A stretch of DNA of 64,000 bases from an uncultured Planctomycetaceae bacterium (GCA_963833985.1 CAWIAD010000002.1:512001-576000); one strand, 5' to 3'. Numbered from the stretch's first letter, positions 10,641-22,500 are shown. Numbers and translations are program-made. Notes: generated by a model not told the origin, from the letters alone.

Positions 10641-11580
10641 ATGTTTCTTTCCAACTTGCAGAAGCTCTGGCTCCCTGCACTGGGCGCGCTGCTCATGGCC
10701 GGAGCCGTGGTGCAATCGCCGGCGGTGCAGGCGAGGCTGGGAGACTGGGTGCCGGCGCCGTGCGTAGTGGCCTCTCGAACCGGCCACTCCGCGGCGCCGG
10801 CGCCGAATACATCGGGCCTTCCCCGCGTGATCGCCGAGGGGCGAGTGGTGGCCTATCCGGGTGCCGAGGTCGTCGTCGGCACCGAGGCCTCCGGCCGCAT
10901 CATCACCCTCAACGTGCAAGAAAAGTCGGCCGTCCACAGGGGCGACGTGATCGCCGAGCTGAACGCGTCGGACCTGCGTGCCTCGCGCGACGAGGCCGCG
11001 GCGCAGATTGCCGAAGCCGAGGCCGACGTCCGTTATTTCGAGCGCGAGGTGAAACGCGAGGAAGCGCTCATCGCCCGTCGCGCGGGAACGCCCGAGAATC
11101 TGGACACCCAGCGCCGCGGGCTGGATATCGCGCAGCGCGGCGGGCTGCGGCGACGGCCAGCCGCGACCGGTTCGAGGCCCTGATTGCCAAGACGCGAATC
11201 ACCGCACCGATCGACGGCGTGATCACTGCCCGCCATGTTCATCCGGGCGAAACAGTCGAACTCAATGCCGCGATCGTCACCATCGCCGACCTCTCGCGGG
11301 TCCGGATCGAGGCCGAGGTCGACGAGTACGATACCGGACGGGTCGGGCTCGGCGCCCCTGTGTCGATCACCGCCGAAGGATTTCCTGGCGCTTGCTGGCG
11401 TGGGCTGGTCGAGGAGATTCCCGACACCGTCGTCGGTCGCCGACTGCGCCGGAGGACCCGGGCCGGCCGATCGATTCCCGCGTGCTGCCGTTGAAGATCG
11501 CTTTCGACGAATCAACCCCCCTCAAGCTCGGCCAGCGCGTGGAGGTGGAGCTTGCTTCCGTGGCCATTGCCTCCCCGTAG
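10641..11580 (+). CDS. Membrane fusion protein (HlyD/efflux adaptor), frameshifts near 11140 and 11450
   Basis: AEGRVVAYPGAEVVVG, coiled coil, ITAPIDGVI, EAEVDEYD and PLKLGQRVEV are spread over three frames. Confidence 0.75.
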
Positions 11581-11748
11581 ACCTGATTGGCCGGATTTAC
11601 CGGAGAGCCGCAGAATCCCTCAGATCCGTCACAACCGGAACCGATAAAGGTGGAGGGCTCATGACAGGCAACGTCTGCCAAAGCGCGCTCGCGGGCACTC
11701 TGATCTCGCACTCCCCTATCCGGAACACGGTGAAGGAGCTTCTGTTTC

Positions 11749-12018
11749 ATGCGAAAGCAACGCAAACTCGCACCGCGGCTCGAGGTCATGGAAGACCGTG
11801 TGGTGCCGAGCATCTACACCGCCAACATACCGCCGTCCATCAGGTCCGACTTCCACCAGGTTGGTGCCCACGTGAGCAGCTATTACAACTCGGTGAAGAA
11901 TTACTTCACGTCGCTCGTCAATCATCCGTCCGGCCAGACCCACCAGGCCTGGCCGACCGCCCATAAGGCCCCGAGCACCAGCCATGCTTTTCTCGGTATC
12001 CCCTGGCTGAAGTTCTGA
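11749..12018 (+). CDS. Small secreted protein with planctomycete LEPRxLL-type N-terminal signal
   Basis: SD GAAGGAG upstream; MRKQRKLAPRLEVMEDRVVPS matches the RRLxLExLEdRxvps signature. Confidence 0.7.
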   Translation: MRKQRKLAPRLEVMEDRVVPSIYTANIPPSIRSDFHQVGAHVSSYYNSVKNYFTSLVNHPSGQTHQAWPTAHKAPSTSHAFLGIPWLKF

Positions 12019-12191
12019 GTGCGCCATGCGTGCATCCGCCATCCCAACCTCTCGTCTCGGTTGGGGAGCAAGCCGGATGGAGCACTGGCAAGAGCTTGTG
12101 ATGACGGTCGGAAGTCGGTACCAGTCGTTCGAACTGGGACCGATCTGTTCCAGGTCATTTTTTCGGTCCTGCATCCGTACGGCAGAGCGAC

Positions 12192-13106
12192 TCAGGCGAT
12201 GTGGCTTGCTTCGACGGATGTCAGCCGGCGCTGGATGAACGTACCGACGGCTTCGACAGCCCGTGTGGCTTCGGGAAACATCGGCGCCAGCAGGTGCCAT
12301 GCGTGCCACATCCCGGGCCAGGTGACCAGCTCGACGTCCACACCGGCGCTCCGGGCCTTCTGAGCCAGACGCTCGGCATCGCTCCGCAGCAGCTCGTCGC
12401 CGCCAGCGTGAATCAAGAGCGGGGGCAGCCCGCGGAGGTCTCCGTGTAGCGGGGAGATGAGCGGCGACCGGACGTCGTGATTCCCGATGTACAGCGCACG
12501 CATCCGCAGCACGAACTCGGGAGTCAATACGGGGTCCTTGACGGTCCAGAACGTCTCTCCGGTACCCTCGAGATCGGTCGCGGGCGAGAGGCAGACGGCG
12601 GCCGCAGGGAGTGGCTCACCCGCGTCGCGCAGCGAGATCAGGGTGGTGAGCGTGAGGCTGCCGCCCGCCGAATCGCCTGCGATCACGATGTCCCGCGGGG
12701 AGGTCCCATCCCGGAGCAGCCATCGGTAGGCGGCCAGACAATCATCGAGCGCAGCAGGAAAGGGGTGTTCCGGGGCCAGTCGGTAGTCGACCGCCAGGGC
12801 GCGACTGCCAGCGGCCTTGCAAAGCAGGCAGACCATCCGCCGGTGGAGGTTGGTCCAGCCCATGGTCCACGCCCCGCCGTGCAAATAGAGAATGACCGAG
12901 CGTTGCGCAGTGCTCGGCATGCGGATCCACTCGCAAGGCACCCCCCCCGCGCTCACCGGCCGGATATCCGCCTCACGGGGCGGCTTGAAGTAAGGTTCCT
13001 GAGACGCGATGTACGCGCGGAAGTCCTCGACCGTGGCGTCCCACCGGAAGAAACGCCTTCGCACGTCAAGGATCAACCGGATCAGCCGGCTTCGGAGGCT
13101 GCGCAT
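12192..13106 (-). CDS. Hormone-sensitive-lipase family alpha/beta hydrolase (acetyl esterase-like)
   Basis: HGGAW, DYRLAPEHPFPAA, GDSAGG, GMWH. Confidence 0.9.
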   Translation of the reverse strand: MRSLRSRLIRLILDVRRRFFRWDATVEDFRAYIASQEPYFKPPREADIRPVSAGGVPCEWIRMPSTAQRSVILYLHGGAWTMGWTNLHRRMVCLLCKAAGSRALAVDYRLAPEHPFPAALDDCLAAYRWLLRDGTSPRDIVIAGDSAGGSLTLTTLISLRDAGEPLPAAAVCLSPATDLEGTGETFWTVKDPVLTPEFVLRMRALYIGNHDVRSPLISPLHGDLRGLPPLLIHAGGDELLRSDAERLAQKARSAGVDVELVTWPGMWHAWHLLAPMFPEATRAVEAVGTFIQRRLTSVEASHIA

Positions 13107-13480
13107 AAATGATCCCCAAAGCGATCATCGTCGTCCCGAGCCGGCGGACGTGGCAATACCGCTTCGACGAACCATGTCTGCGCAGCGTGATCGGCGGCCT
13201 GATCAACGGCAGCACCCGGAATCGGGCTGCATCCTGGAAGCTGGTCGATGAGCGGGATGCCTTCGCCGGGCTCAATCCGCCCCGCCGGCATGAAGCTGTT
13301 CTTGACCCGTTTCACCGTCGTCACTGCGTGATCAGGTTCATGAAACGGCGTCGGCGTCGGCACCGGCTGTGAACCCTGGGTCGTAATCGGCGGAGAGCGC
13401 TTCTCATGGCAGTCATCGAGATACGCCCGGCTGCCGGGACGGGCCCGGCAGTTGCAGGATGAGCTGATGGCCGATAAGCC

Positions 13481-13514
13481 AAAAAAAGCCCGGCCCCCCA
13501 CGAGGGGGCCGGGC
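13481..13514 (-). terminator. Rho-independent terminator
   Basis: Minus strand reads GCCCGGCCCCC-TCGTG-GGGGGCCGGGC-TTTTTTT (11-bp GC stem followed by U7). Confidence 0.85.
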
Positions 13515-13617
13515 ACAGCCAGGGAGAACGACGCTTGCTCGTGATTCGTAAGTCGGGACCGGAACCGCCAAATTCCAATCCCTCATCAAGGGTTTCGGGT
13601 GGCCTTGATGTTCTGGA
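13481..13617 (-). ncRNA. Candidate sigma54-dependent small RNA (~135 nt)
   Basis: Bounded by a -24/-12 promoter and an intrinsic terminator, has a 5' hairpin CATCAAGG...CCTTGATG, and contains no convincing ORF. Confidence 0.55.
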
Positions 13618-13627
13618 AAGGTGAAAA

Positions 13628-13643
13628 AGCACAAGCCGTGCCA
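13628..13643 (-). promoter_or_regulatory. Sigma54 (RpoN) -24/-12 promoter
   Basis: Minus strand TGGCACGGCTTGTGCT versus consensus TGGCACG-N4-TTGCW: one mismatch, exact GG-N10-GC spacing. Confidence 0.65.
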
Positions 13644-14168
13644 GGCAAGCCCCCGCTACGGAGAATCTCGAGTCCGAATCCTCAAACCACTATAGCGGAG
13701 ATGGTTAGATCGAGGGCGAGAAGCACCAGGCCAAATGGACGGCGTCAGACCAAAATAGTGATTGCTCATTTCTTCAGCATGGAAGTGAGTCTCCTGAGCG
13801 AATACTGAGCAAACCATTCCGACGCGGTTCTCGGATCCAAACAATGCATGCACCATTCATTGGATTGTCGCCATCGGGAGGGGAAACCTCGCGCTGCGGG
13901 CTCACTGGATAGAGGCTAGACTGAGCGGCGGATCGGCGGCAGTTATTCTGGCATGGCGTTTGGATGCGATTGGTGAAGCAGGCCATCATACGGGGCTGTG
14001 CATGGCCGCATGAAGCTACGAGGGCCAGGAGATCGGGTGAGGCTACGCGAGCTTGATGCTCCGACGAAAGCTGCTCTGTAGGATAAGATATAGAGGTTCG
14101 CAGGACTGGCCGACGGTCTTCGCCTCGGAATGACGCTGCCAGGAAGGCGGGGAAAGGACCATGGTTCA

Positions 14169-15909
14169 ATGAAGGTGCTCGTGCTCGGTCTGGACGGAGC
14201 GACCTGGGATATTCTGGAGCCGCTGATGTCGGCAGGCCATCTGCCCAACCTGGCACGCCTCCGGGAAGCGGGCGCCTCGGGTACGCTGGATTCGGTCTTT
14301 CCTCCACTGAGCCCGGTCGCATGGACCGGTGTCATGACCGGCAAGAACTCCGGCAAGCACGGCGTCTTCGAGTTTCTGGAATACGGTCACGACCCGCTCC
14401 GGCCCCGTGTCAATTCGTCACGCTCGATCCAGTCCGAGCTGCTCTGGGAGATCGCCGGCAGGCACGGCAAGAAGACCGTGGCGGGTGGCGTCCCCATGAG
14501 TTACCCGCCACGTCCGGCACGCGACTTTCCCGGGTTTTTCCTGGGTGATTTCTTGAGCCCCGAAAAGGCGGCCGATTTCTCTTCCGACCCGGCCATCTTC
14601 GCAGGAGCTCGAGCGCGCGGTTGGTCCGTATCGCGCCTGGTCCACGTCCACCCATGACGGCGGCAACGAGGCCGGAGTGATTGACGACCTGACCGCCTTC
14701 CTCGACCAGCATCTGAAGACGGTCCTGTTCCTCATGGAACGCTGCGAGTGGGACCTTTTCGTCTTCGATCTCATGGCCACCGATCGCCTGGGCCACGAGC
14801 TCTGGCATGTCTGGGATCTGACCCACCGCGCGGCCCTGGGACGCGAAAAGGAACTCGCCGCACTGCGTCCCAGGTTGATCGAGTTCTGGAAGACGCTGGA
14901 CCGGGGCGTGGGCTCCATCGCCGACCGGCTTCCTCCGGACGCTGCGCTGCTCCTGATGAGCGACCACGGTTTCGGTCCCATCGAATGGTATGTCAACTTC
15001 AACGTGTGGCTACTGGAACATAAGTTTATCGCCCTGGAAGACACCTTCTACGTCAAGCAAAAACACTGGTGTTACCGCCGGGGTTTGACGCCGGAATGGA
15101 CCTACAACGTGATGAGCCGCCTGGGCCTGGCCAGCCATCGGGTGAGCCGGTTTCGGGGCAAGCAGTCCGGCATGCTGGAGCGCCTCAGCGAGTCTGTTTT
15201 CCTTTCACGGCGGCACATCGACTGGTCCCGGACACGCGCCTACGCGCAGGGCAACTTCGGCCAGATCTTCATGAACCTGAAGGGTCGGCAAGCGCTGGGT
15301 TCTGTGGACGCTGCCGATGCCAGGGCGCTGCGCAGGGACCTGAAGGCCGGGTTGCTGGAAATCGCTCACCCCGATACCGGCCAGCCGCTCGTGCAGCAAG
15401 TCTATGATGGCGAGGAGCTGTACCACGGGCCTCATGCCCATCTCGCCCCGGACCTCACCGTGGTGCTCAATGACTGGCGGTACCGGACTATCGGGCTGCA
15501 CGACTTCACCACGCACAAGGTCATCTCCAGGGCGTTCGGACCAACCGGTGATCATCGCATGGAGGGCGTGCTGATCGGCTCCGGTGCTCCCTTCCGCCAG
15601 GGCGCGGCACCGCGCGGAGCCACACTTCTCGACATCACACCGACGGTCCTGCACCTGCTCGGTGTTCCCGTTCCCGACGACGTGGACGGCCGGGTCCTTG
15701 GTGAACTGCTCGAGTTCGATCCAGCGCTCGCGGCGGGCGGGAACGGCAGCGGCTCCGTGCCGCACCAGCAATCGCCCTGCGGCGTGGTGGGCAACGGCAA
15801 GCATGAGGCCGAGGTTCCCTGCCTGTCTCCCATGGCCAACGGTTCGGGTTATAACGAGCAGGAGGATGCCGCCGTCCAGCAGCGTCTGTCGGACCTTGGT
15901 TATCTTTGA
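14169..15909 (+). CDS. Alkaline phosphatase superfamily / type I phosphodiesterase-nucleotide pyrophosphatase, frameshift near 14600
   Basis: VLVLGLDGAT, PPLSPVAWTGVMTG, TDRLGHELW, MSDHGFG, GDHRMEG, C-terminal RLSDLGYL. Confidence 0.8.
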
Positions 15910-16037
15910 TCAGCCCGGAACCCCGGTTGATCCTGTGTCAAGGCGCGACTATGATTGATTTGGCACGACTCCACGGACGTCGTGCCCCGAAAAGTGATGA
16001 TCACATCTCGGTTTCCCGATCTGGAAGGAGGCTGATC

Positions 16038-16106
16038 ATGCCGATGACGTCCAGCCTGGTTCAGTCATCGCCCCCTGGCCCCAGTTCCGGATTCATGAAG
16101 AGCTAG
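16038..16106 (+). CDS. Putative leader peptide / uORF (22 aa, MPMTSSLVQSSPPGPSSGFMKS)
   Basis: Perfect SD AAGGAGG (16025-16031) 6 nt before ATG 16038; lies upstream of the RbfA-like gene. Confidence 0.4.
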   Translation: MPMTSSLVQSSPPGPSSGFMKS

Positions 16107-16270
16107 CATCGCGCCAGGGCCTACGCGCGTCACCGTCATCCAGGTTGTGCGCTTCACGCCGTCTGGCTGTGCTCCAGAGCCCGGACGCCGGCCAGGTCGC
16201 CGGTGCGTGCCGGATCCCGCGCCACGTGAGCGCCATGTCCTGCCCCAACGTTACGTCGAGAGGGTTCATC

Positions 16271-16720
16271 ATGAGGCACACATTCTTTGGACGAACCGAG
16301 AGCGGCCCACATGCCCACCCCGGCTCTGAGGAGGGTTGCGCCAGGCACTCCCGATCGCGGCTCCCGGCCGGAGCGAGGCAGCGCCAGGCGGAGTGCCACG
16401 GCGGGACGGATCGCAAGGCACTCCAGCTTTGCCACCAGGTGGCCGTGACGTTGCAGGAAGTGCTTGCCGATTGCGGCGACGCCGTCCTTCAGGCCCTGCG
16501 CGTGGTTGTGGTGCAGCCCGCGCCGGACGCATCGCGGCTCCTGGTCACGGTGGCCCCTGAGACGCCGCCGGAAGAGAGCCTGGACCCGAACCGCGTGCAG
16601 GAGCGACTGGCACACGCGGCAGGCCACCTCCGTAGCGAAGTGGCCAGCGCGATCACCCGCAAGCGCGCACCGGTGTTGATTTACCGCGTGACGCTCCAGC
16701 CGGATGCCTTTTTCACCTGA
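16271..16720 (+). CDS. RbfA-like (ribosome-binding factor A paralogue, KH type II fold)
   Basis: DRKALQLCHQVAVTL, VQPAPDASRLLVTV and AAGHLRSEVASAITRKRAPVLIY resemble RbfA motifs. Confidence 0.65.
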   Translation: MRHTFFGRTESGPHAHPGSEEGCARHSRSRLPAGARQRQAECHGGTDRKALQLCHQVAVTLQEVLADCGDAVLQALRVVVVQPAPDASRLLVTVAPETPPEESLDPNRVQERLAHAAGHLRSEVASAITRKRAPVLIYRVTLQPDAFFT

Positions 16721-16765
16721 ACGAAGGTTCGCGAATCGCAGCACGGCTCCGGACGCGCCACTGGC

Positions 16766-17818
16766 CTAACCGACGATGATCCGACCCGGCTCATTCACGG
16801 CGCCGGGGTCCTCGATGACGATCGGTCGATCGAGGAACGCTTGGATCGTCCGCGCGTTGGTACGCAGGTGTTCGGTGATCTCGCTGACGGTATAGAGAGA
16901 GCGGCCCTCGGCGAGTGCCAGGGGGAGCAGGATCTGGTCCGCGGAGTGGGGATCGACGGCACCTTGCGCGACAGCCTCGAAGGCCAGCAGCTCATCGACA
17001 ACCTCGTCGGCCACCTGTTCGGAGGGCTTGCCGCGCCGGCCTGAACCAAGAAACGTCGCCGGGACGTTCCCCTCGTGCTCGGCGATCAGGGCCAGCGCGG
17101 CGCCCGGGCCGGGGCCAGGCCAGCGAACGATGTCGATCTCGATTTCAACATCGATACTTGCTGTCGGTTCGCAGGCTCTGAGACGCTCCACCGCCCTGGC
17201 TCGGAGCCGCTCGGCAATGTGGTCGCCGAGGTTGGCGACCCCGGCCTGCCCTCGAATGCGCTGAAGCCGTCCGCGCTGGGTCTGGACCCAGGCTCTGGGC
17301 ACCGCCGGCTCGATCCATGCCTCGAGCCGGCCGCCTCCCCTGGGATAGAAACCAGCGGCCGGCATGCCCAGCGCGATCGGCATGCCCAGGGCGGCGAGAT
17401 GTCCTCGCCAGGAATGTTCCAGGAACGGGTACGCTGGCGCCCTGGGGTTGAAGGTACCTCCCGTCAGAACGACGCGCACCGGCGCAGCGGCGCGCATGGC
17501 CAGAGGAAGTTGCAGCGTCTGAAGCACCAGGCCTGTGGAGCCCGCCGTGCCGATATCAATCGTCAGGTCTCCCGGCGCGTACTCTTGCGGCCGGAAAGTC
17601 AGTTCATGGGAGCCGACGTGGGCCCCGGAAACACTCGCCCGCCCCAGCGCCGCTGCGGCCTCGACGGCCTTCAGGTGCTGGGGCCTGAGGCCCGGCTGAT
17701 CGCGATTGGCACGAATTCGACGCATCCGGAACGGCCGGCCGGTGAGCAGCGAGAGTGAAAGCGACGTACGCAGGATCTGCCCGCCTCCCTCGCCGCGCGA
17801 GCCGTCCAGATGCACCAT
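16766..17818 (-). CDS. rtcA: RNA 3'-terminal phosphate cyclase
   Basis: LDGSRGEGGGQILRTSLSLS, IRANRDQPGLRPQHL, GFYPRGGG, DPHSADQ, TEHLRTN. Confidence 0.92.
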   Translation of the reverse strand: MVHLDGSRGEGGGQILRTSLSLSLLTGRPFRMRRIRANRDQPGLRPQHLKAVEAAAALGRASVSGAHVGSHELTFRPQEYAPGDLTIDIGTAGSTGLVLQTLQLPLAMRAAAPVRVVLTGGTFNPRAPAYPFLEHSWRGHLAALGMPIALGMPAAGFYPRGGGRLEAWIEPAVPRAWVQTQRGRLQRIRGQAGVANLGDHIAERLRARAVERLRACEPTASIDVEIEIDIVRWPGPGPGAALALIAEHEGNVPATFLGSGRRGKPSEQVADEVVDELLAFEAVAQGAVDPHSADQILLPLALAEGRSLYTVSEITEHLRTNARTIQAFLDRPIVIEDPGAVNEPGRIIVG

Positions 17819-18056
17819 GTCGTCCGGGTCAGCGATCAAGTCCGCCACGGGTCCGGATACTCCGCGTTGTTCTTGCCTGCCACGAGGCATCCATGATAAC
17901 CGAACCGGCCCGGGAATCGCCGCATGGGGCGCATGGCTGACCCATCGTTTACCGGCCTGGAGCGGCCCGGGAGATGCTCCGTGGAGAAACCGTCCGTTAC
18001 CCTGACGCATGTACCGCTCCCTGGCCGCGCGTACTTCGATAAGGTCCTGGCCGCGT

Positions 18057-19057
18057 TCAGCGTCCAGTTGTGGGATCTGGGACTTTTGCCGGCCAAACTT
18101 CGCGCGGGCTCGTCGGCGCCCGCGCGGACCCGGCGGCCGCGGGCGCACCGATCTTCAGGGCGAGACCGGGAGCCGGCCGATCACCGTGCGCGACGCTCTC
18201 TCCGGGCAGGCCCAGCTGGTTGCGGTCGGCCCAGACCAGGATCAGCTTCTGCCTCCGCTGGTCGCCATGAGAATTCGCCTGCGTGAACAGGAAAGCCCCC
18301 AGGCTGCGCTCCTGCTCAGGGCGACAGCCGATCACGGCGACCTGGCCAGGCTCGAGGGTCACCGTGGCCGACAGGTCGGGAAGCGATTCTTCTTGCTGTC
18401 CGTCATTGATCCTGAGCTCGCGCGGAGTGTAGGGGGAGGGGCTGGCCGTGGGCTGGAACGAGCGCTGGACCGGCCCGTGGTGGATCTCGGGTGTGAACCG
18501 CAGTGCGACGCTGCTGGTACCGTCGTGCGTGGCGATCACCCGGAAGTACCCGCTGGCGGCCTGGTAGTCCCTGCCGTAAGGATGATTCTCGCGGTTCAGA
18601 AGCATGGTCACCTGGTCGGCCATGTCGCTGATGCTGATGAGCGTGTGTTCGCCATCGTCGAGCAGAAAGGAAGCGGGCTCGACCTTGTGCGGTGGCGGCG
18701 CGCAAGGACGGCCTCGAGCTCGGGCGGCAACTCGCCGGTGATCCGGCCGACACGCAGCCCGTTCACCTGCAAGGCGCGCCGGGCTTCGGGCGTGATCGAC
18801 TGCTCGTCGGCGGCCCTCCAGGCCACTTCGTTGATCGACGGATCATGAAATGAACGATCCAGGATGGCGACCCGGAGCATGCATTTTCGGGGCTCGATGA
18901 GCTGCCCCCGGCGGCCGCTGATCTGTGCCAGGATGTTCTCGGGACGGAGCTGGTTCTTGTGCGGATTGCAGCCGGACAGGCTGGAGAGCACGCTCACGAC
19001 AACCAGGGCCAGGGCCGACACGCCCACCGTCGCCCACCGTCGGCTCTGTGCATCCAT
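18057..19057 (-). CDS. Hypothetical planctomycete lipoprotein, frameshifted near 18680
   Basis: Signal with LSGC lipobox in ORF 18608-19309 (from MDAQ); C-terminal part in ORF 18057-18623. Confidence 0.55.
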
Positions 19058-19519
19058 GAGGCGGAATCCTTTCCGCGACGTCTTGGGGAGAGTCAGACAT
19101 TTGGAGGGTGGAGTGTAGGGCGATCCCGGGGGTCCGTCAACGGGAAAACGGATCCGGTGAACTTCGGGACTTCGAGACCGCGCTTGCAGGCAGTGCAAAA
19201 AGAAAGGGAGGCACCTGCGGCAAGATGCAGGGGCCATGGAATGCGACTCGCTCGCGAAATATGCGAGATCTTCGAGGATTTTGTGTTCTGGGGGCCAGCG
19301 GAAGCGCATGAATTCTCGCGGCCTGATAAAAACCGCCCGTGCACTGGAGTCCTAATGCGCGCCGCCCGGGGCGAAACCGGCTTGTGATCGTCGCTGCCGA
19401 ACTGTATAGGATTCTTAAGCGACGATGCCCCGAGTGCCACATCAGTGAGTGCTTGATAGGCGCGATTGCGAGCCAGACTCGCAACGAATCTCGAATAAGC
19501 AGCATGGAAGGTTACTGAC

Positions 19520-22500
19520 TTGAGCACTCGATTGGCATGGACCAAAGCCTCCGCCCGGACCTTTTTGCAGCCGCTGAGGGCCTTGCTCGACGGCTCCGCG
19601 AATCTTGACCTGTTCTCCCATCTGCTGGTTGGCAGCTCATGCCTGGCGATCTCGCTGTTTCTGCTCTGTCGTTATGTGCGCCCCTGGAGTCGCCGAGACG
19701 TCCCGTATCAGTCGATCATCTCGACGCTCGCGGCCTTCCTCATGATTTGCGGCGTCTCGTCGCTGCTCTACGGTATCGAGGCCGGTACCGGCCGTCCCCC
19801 GATCGCAGCGGTCTCCCTGGCGATGGCCGTCGCGGCCTGCTCGTCCGTGACCGCGCTGGCACTCATGGTGCGCAGAGCAGGTCCGCCCTGCGACCCGAGG
19901 CATTTTGAGAGGGAGATCGCGGACCGGCAGCGCGCCGAGGAAGCGCTGTGCAAGAACGAAGTGATCGCTCGCAGGCTCGCGCTGGCGGCCAGCCGGATCA
20001 AGAGCGCCGTGATGGTCACCGATGCGCAAGCAAGAATTGAATGGGTGAACGAGGGTTTCACGCGGCTGACGGGATACACCCTCGCCGATGCTCAGGGCCA
20101 TCACCCGGGTGAGTTCGTCGAGGGTACCGACAGCGATCCAGGGCTGCCGGCGGCCTTGAACGAACGCATGCGCAGGGCAGGGGTTCCAGGGTGAGCTCGT
20201 CGGCCACGCGCGGTGCGGACGGAAGTACTGGGCCACCATCGAGGTTCAACCCATTCTTGATGAGGCGGGACGGCTGCAAAGTTTCATTGCCGTGGAAAGC
20301 GATATCACGGAACGGAAGCGCGCCGAGCGCCCCATGCAAGTGCAGCACGAGACCGTGAGGATTCTGGCCGAGTGCGGCCGGCTGGAGGAGGCACTTCCCC
20401 GCCTCCTCGCCGCGATCGGTCAGTCGCTGGATTTCGACCTCGGGGAGTGCTGGATGGTTGACCGCCAGACCGGGCTGTTGCGCACCGCGGCCACGCCCTG
20501 GACGTCGCGGCAGGTGGACCGGGACTCCATCGGCACGGCGTTGCCGCGCGCGCGTTCACCGCATGACGGACTGCCCGGGCGTGTCCTTGGCACTGGCTCA
20601 TCAGTCTGGGTCGGCGACGTGAGGCACGAGCCGGGCCGTGGCGCTGAGAACCAGGAAAAGCTCGCCGCCCGGGCCGGACTTCGTGGGGCACTTGGCTTTC
20701 CGATCGCCGTCAGCGAGGCCGGGCCGATCCTGGGGGTGATGTGCTTCTTCTCGCGAGAGCCCCTGGAACGCGACGACCTGCTCTTGCAGGCTTCGATCAC
20801 GCTGGGGCGGCAGATCGGCCTGTTCATCGAGCGACGACGGGCTGAGGACGAGCTGATGAAGGTCAACGCACGGCTCAACGCTCTGCTTGACGCATCCACG
20901 GAAGTCTCGATCATCGCAACGGATCCCCAGGGGTTGATCACGGTCTTCAACCGTGGCGCCGAGCGGATGCTGGGGTATTCCGGGGCCGAGATGGTCGGCT
21001 CGGCAATGCCACTACGAATCCATGACGAGGATGAGGTAGCGGCGCACGCGGCGCGGCTCTCGGCCGAGTTCGGCACCGTGGTCTCGGGCTTTGACACCTT
21101 CGCCGAACGGGCGCGGAGAGGCGGCCACGACGTCGGCGAGTGGACCTACATTCGCAAGGATGGAAGGCGGCTGAGGGTGCTCCTGGCAGTGACCGCGGTG
21201 TTCGACCCCGATGGAAGCATCAACGGCTTTCTTGGCGTCGCCACCGACCTGACCGAGCGGCATCGCGCCGAGCGCGAGCTCCGCGCCAGCGAGGCGCGCT
21301 TTCGCCGCCTGGTGGAGTCGAACATCTTTGGCGTGGTCTTTGGCGACATCAAGGGCAACATCACGGATGCGAATGATGCGTTCCTGGAGATGGTCGGCTA
21401 CACGCGCGAGCAAATGAACGCCGGCCAGCTTCCCTGGGATGCGCTCATCCCCGCAAGCTCGGTGCGGCTCTTGCAGCGCTGCCGCGCCGGGCTGAAGCGC
21501 CGGGGGAGCTGCACTCCCTTCGAGCTGGAATGCCGGCGGGCGGACGGCCAGCCGCTGCCGGTACTCCTGGGCGTGGCCCTGCTGGACGCCCACCGCCCGG
21601 CGGAAGCCGGCGCCCCTGTGGTTGCATTCTGCCTGGACCTCTCGGAACGAAAGAGGCTGGAAGATCAGCTGCGCAGGCACGCGCGTGAGCTGGCGGAAGC
21701 CGACGTCCGGAAGAACGAGTTCCTGGCCATGCTCGGGCATGAACTGCGAAACCCGCTGGCTCCCATCCGCAACGCCGTCAAGATCATGAGACAGCGCGGC
21801 AGCGAAGACCATGCCCTCTGCTGGGCCCGCGATCTGATCGATCAACAGACGCGCCAGATGGCGCAGCTGGTGGACGATCTGCTGGATATCTCGCGCGTGA
21901 CCCGGGGCAAGGTCCGCCTCCAGAGGGAAGTGATCGCGGTCGCCACGATCGTGGCCTACGCCGTGGAGACCAGCCGGCCGCTGATCGACTCCCACCGGCA
22001 TCGCTTCTCGATCAAGCTCCCACCGGAACCCATCCTGGTGCATGTCGACGCCTTGCGCATGGCGCAGGTGCTCTCCAATCTATTGAACAATGCGGCCAAG
22101 TACACCGAGGATCACGGGCACATCCATCTGTCCGTCGCCAGGCAGGGCGAAAACGTCGTCTTCCAGGTCCGTGATAACGGCATCGGAATTGCACCTGAGA
22201 TGCTCTCCATCGTGTTCGACCTGTTCACCCAGGTCGATCACTCGCTGGACCGATCCAGCGGTGGGCTCGGGCTGGGACTGACCGTGGTTCGCAGCCTGGT
22301 CGAGATGCACGGCGGCCGCGTACATGCCACCAGCGAGGGGCTGGGAAAGGGCTGCGAATTCACGGTGCGGTTGCCGACCTGGAAAGCAAGCGAAGCCGTA
22401 CCCATGGAAGAGCTCCCGATCCAGGCGACTGCGCCTCAAGCAGCAGCGCCTGCCGCCTCCGAGACCCCACGCAGCCGCAAGGTGCTCGTGGTCGATGACA

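Noticed and set aside
13109..13372. 87-aa plus-strand ORF and other short ORFs in 13.1-14.1 kb
   Set aside because: No SD, no motifs, and it abuts the divergent hydrolase start with no room for promoters.
13949..13964. Possible sigma54 promoter TGGCATGGCGTTTGGA upstream of the phosphodiesterase
   Set aside because: The -12 element is GG rather than the nearly invariant GC, which is too weak to call.
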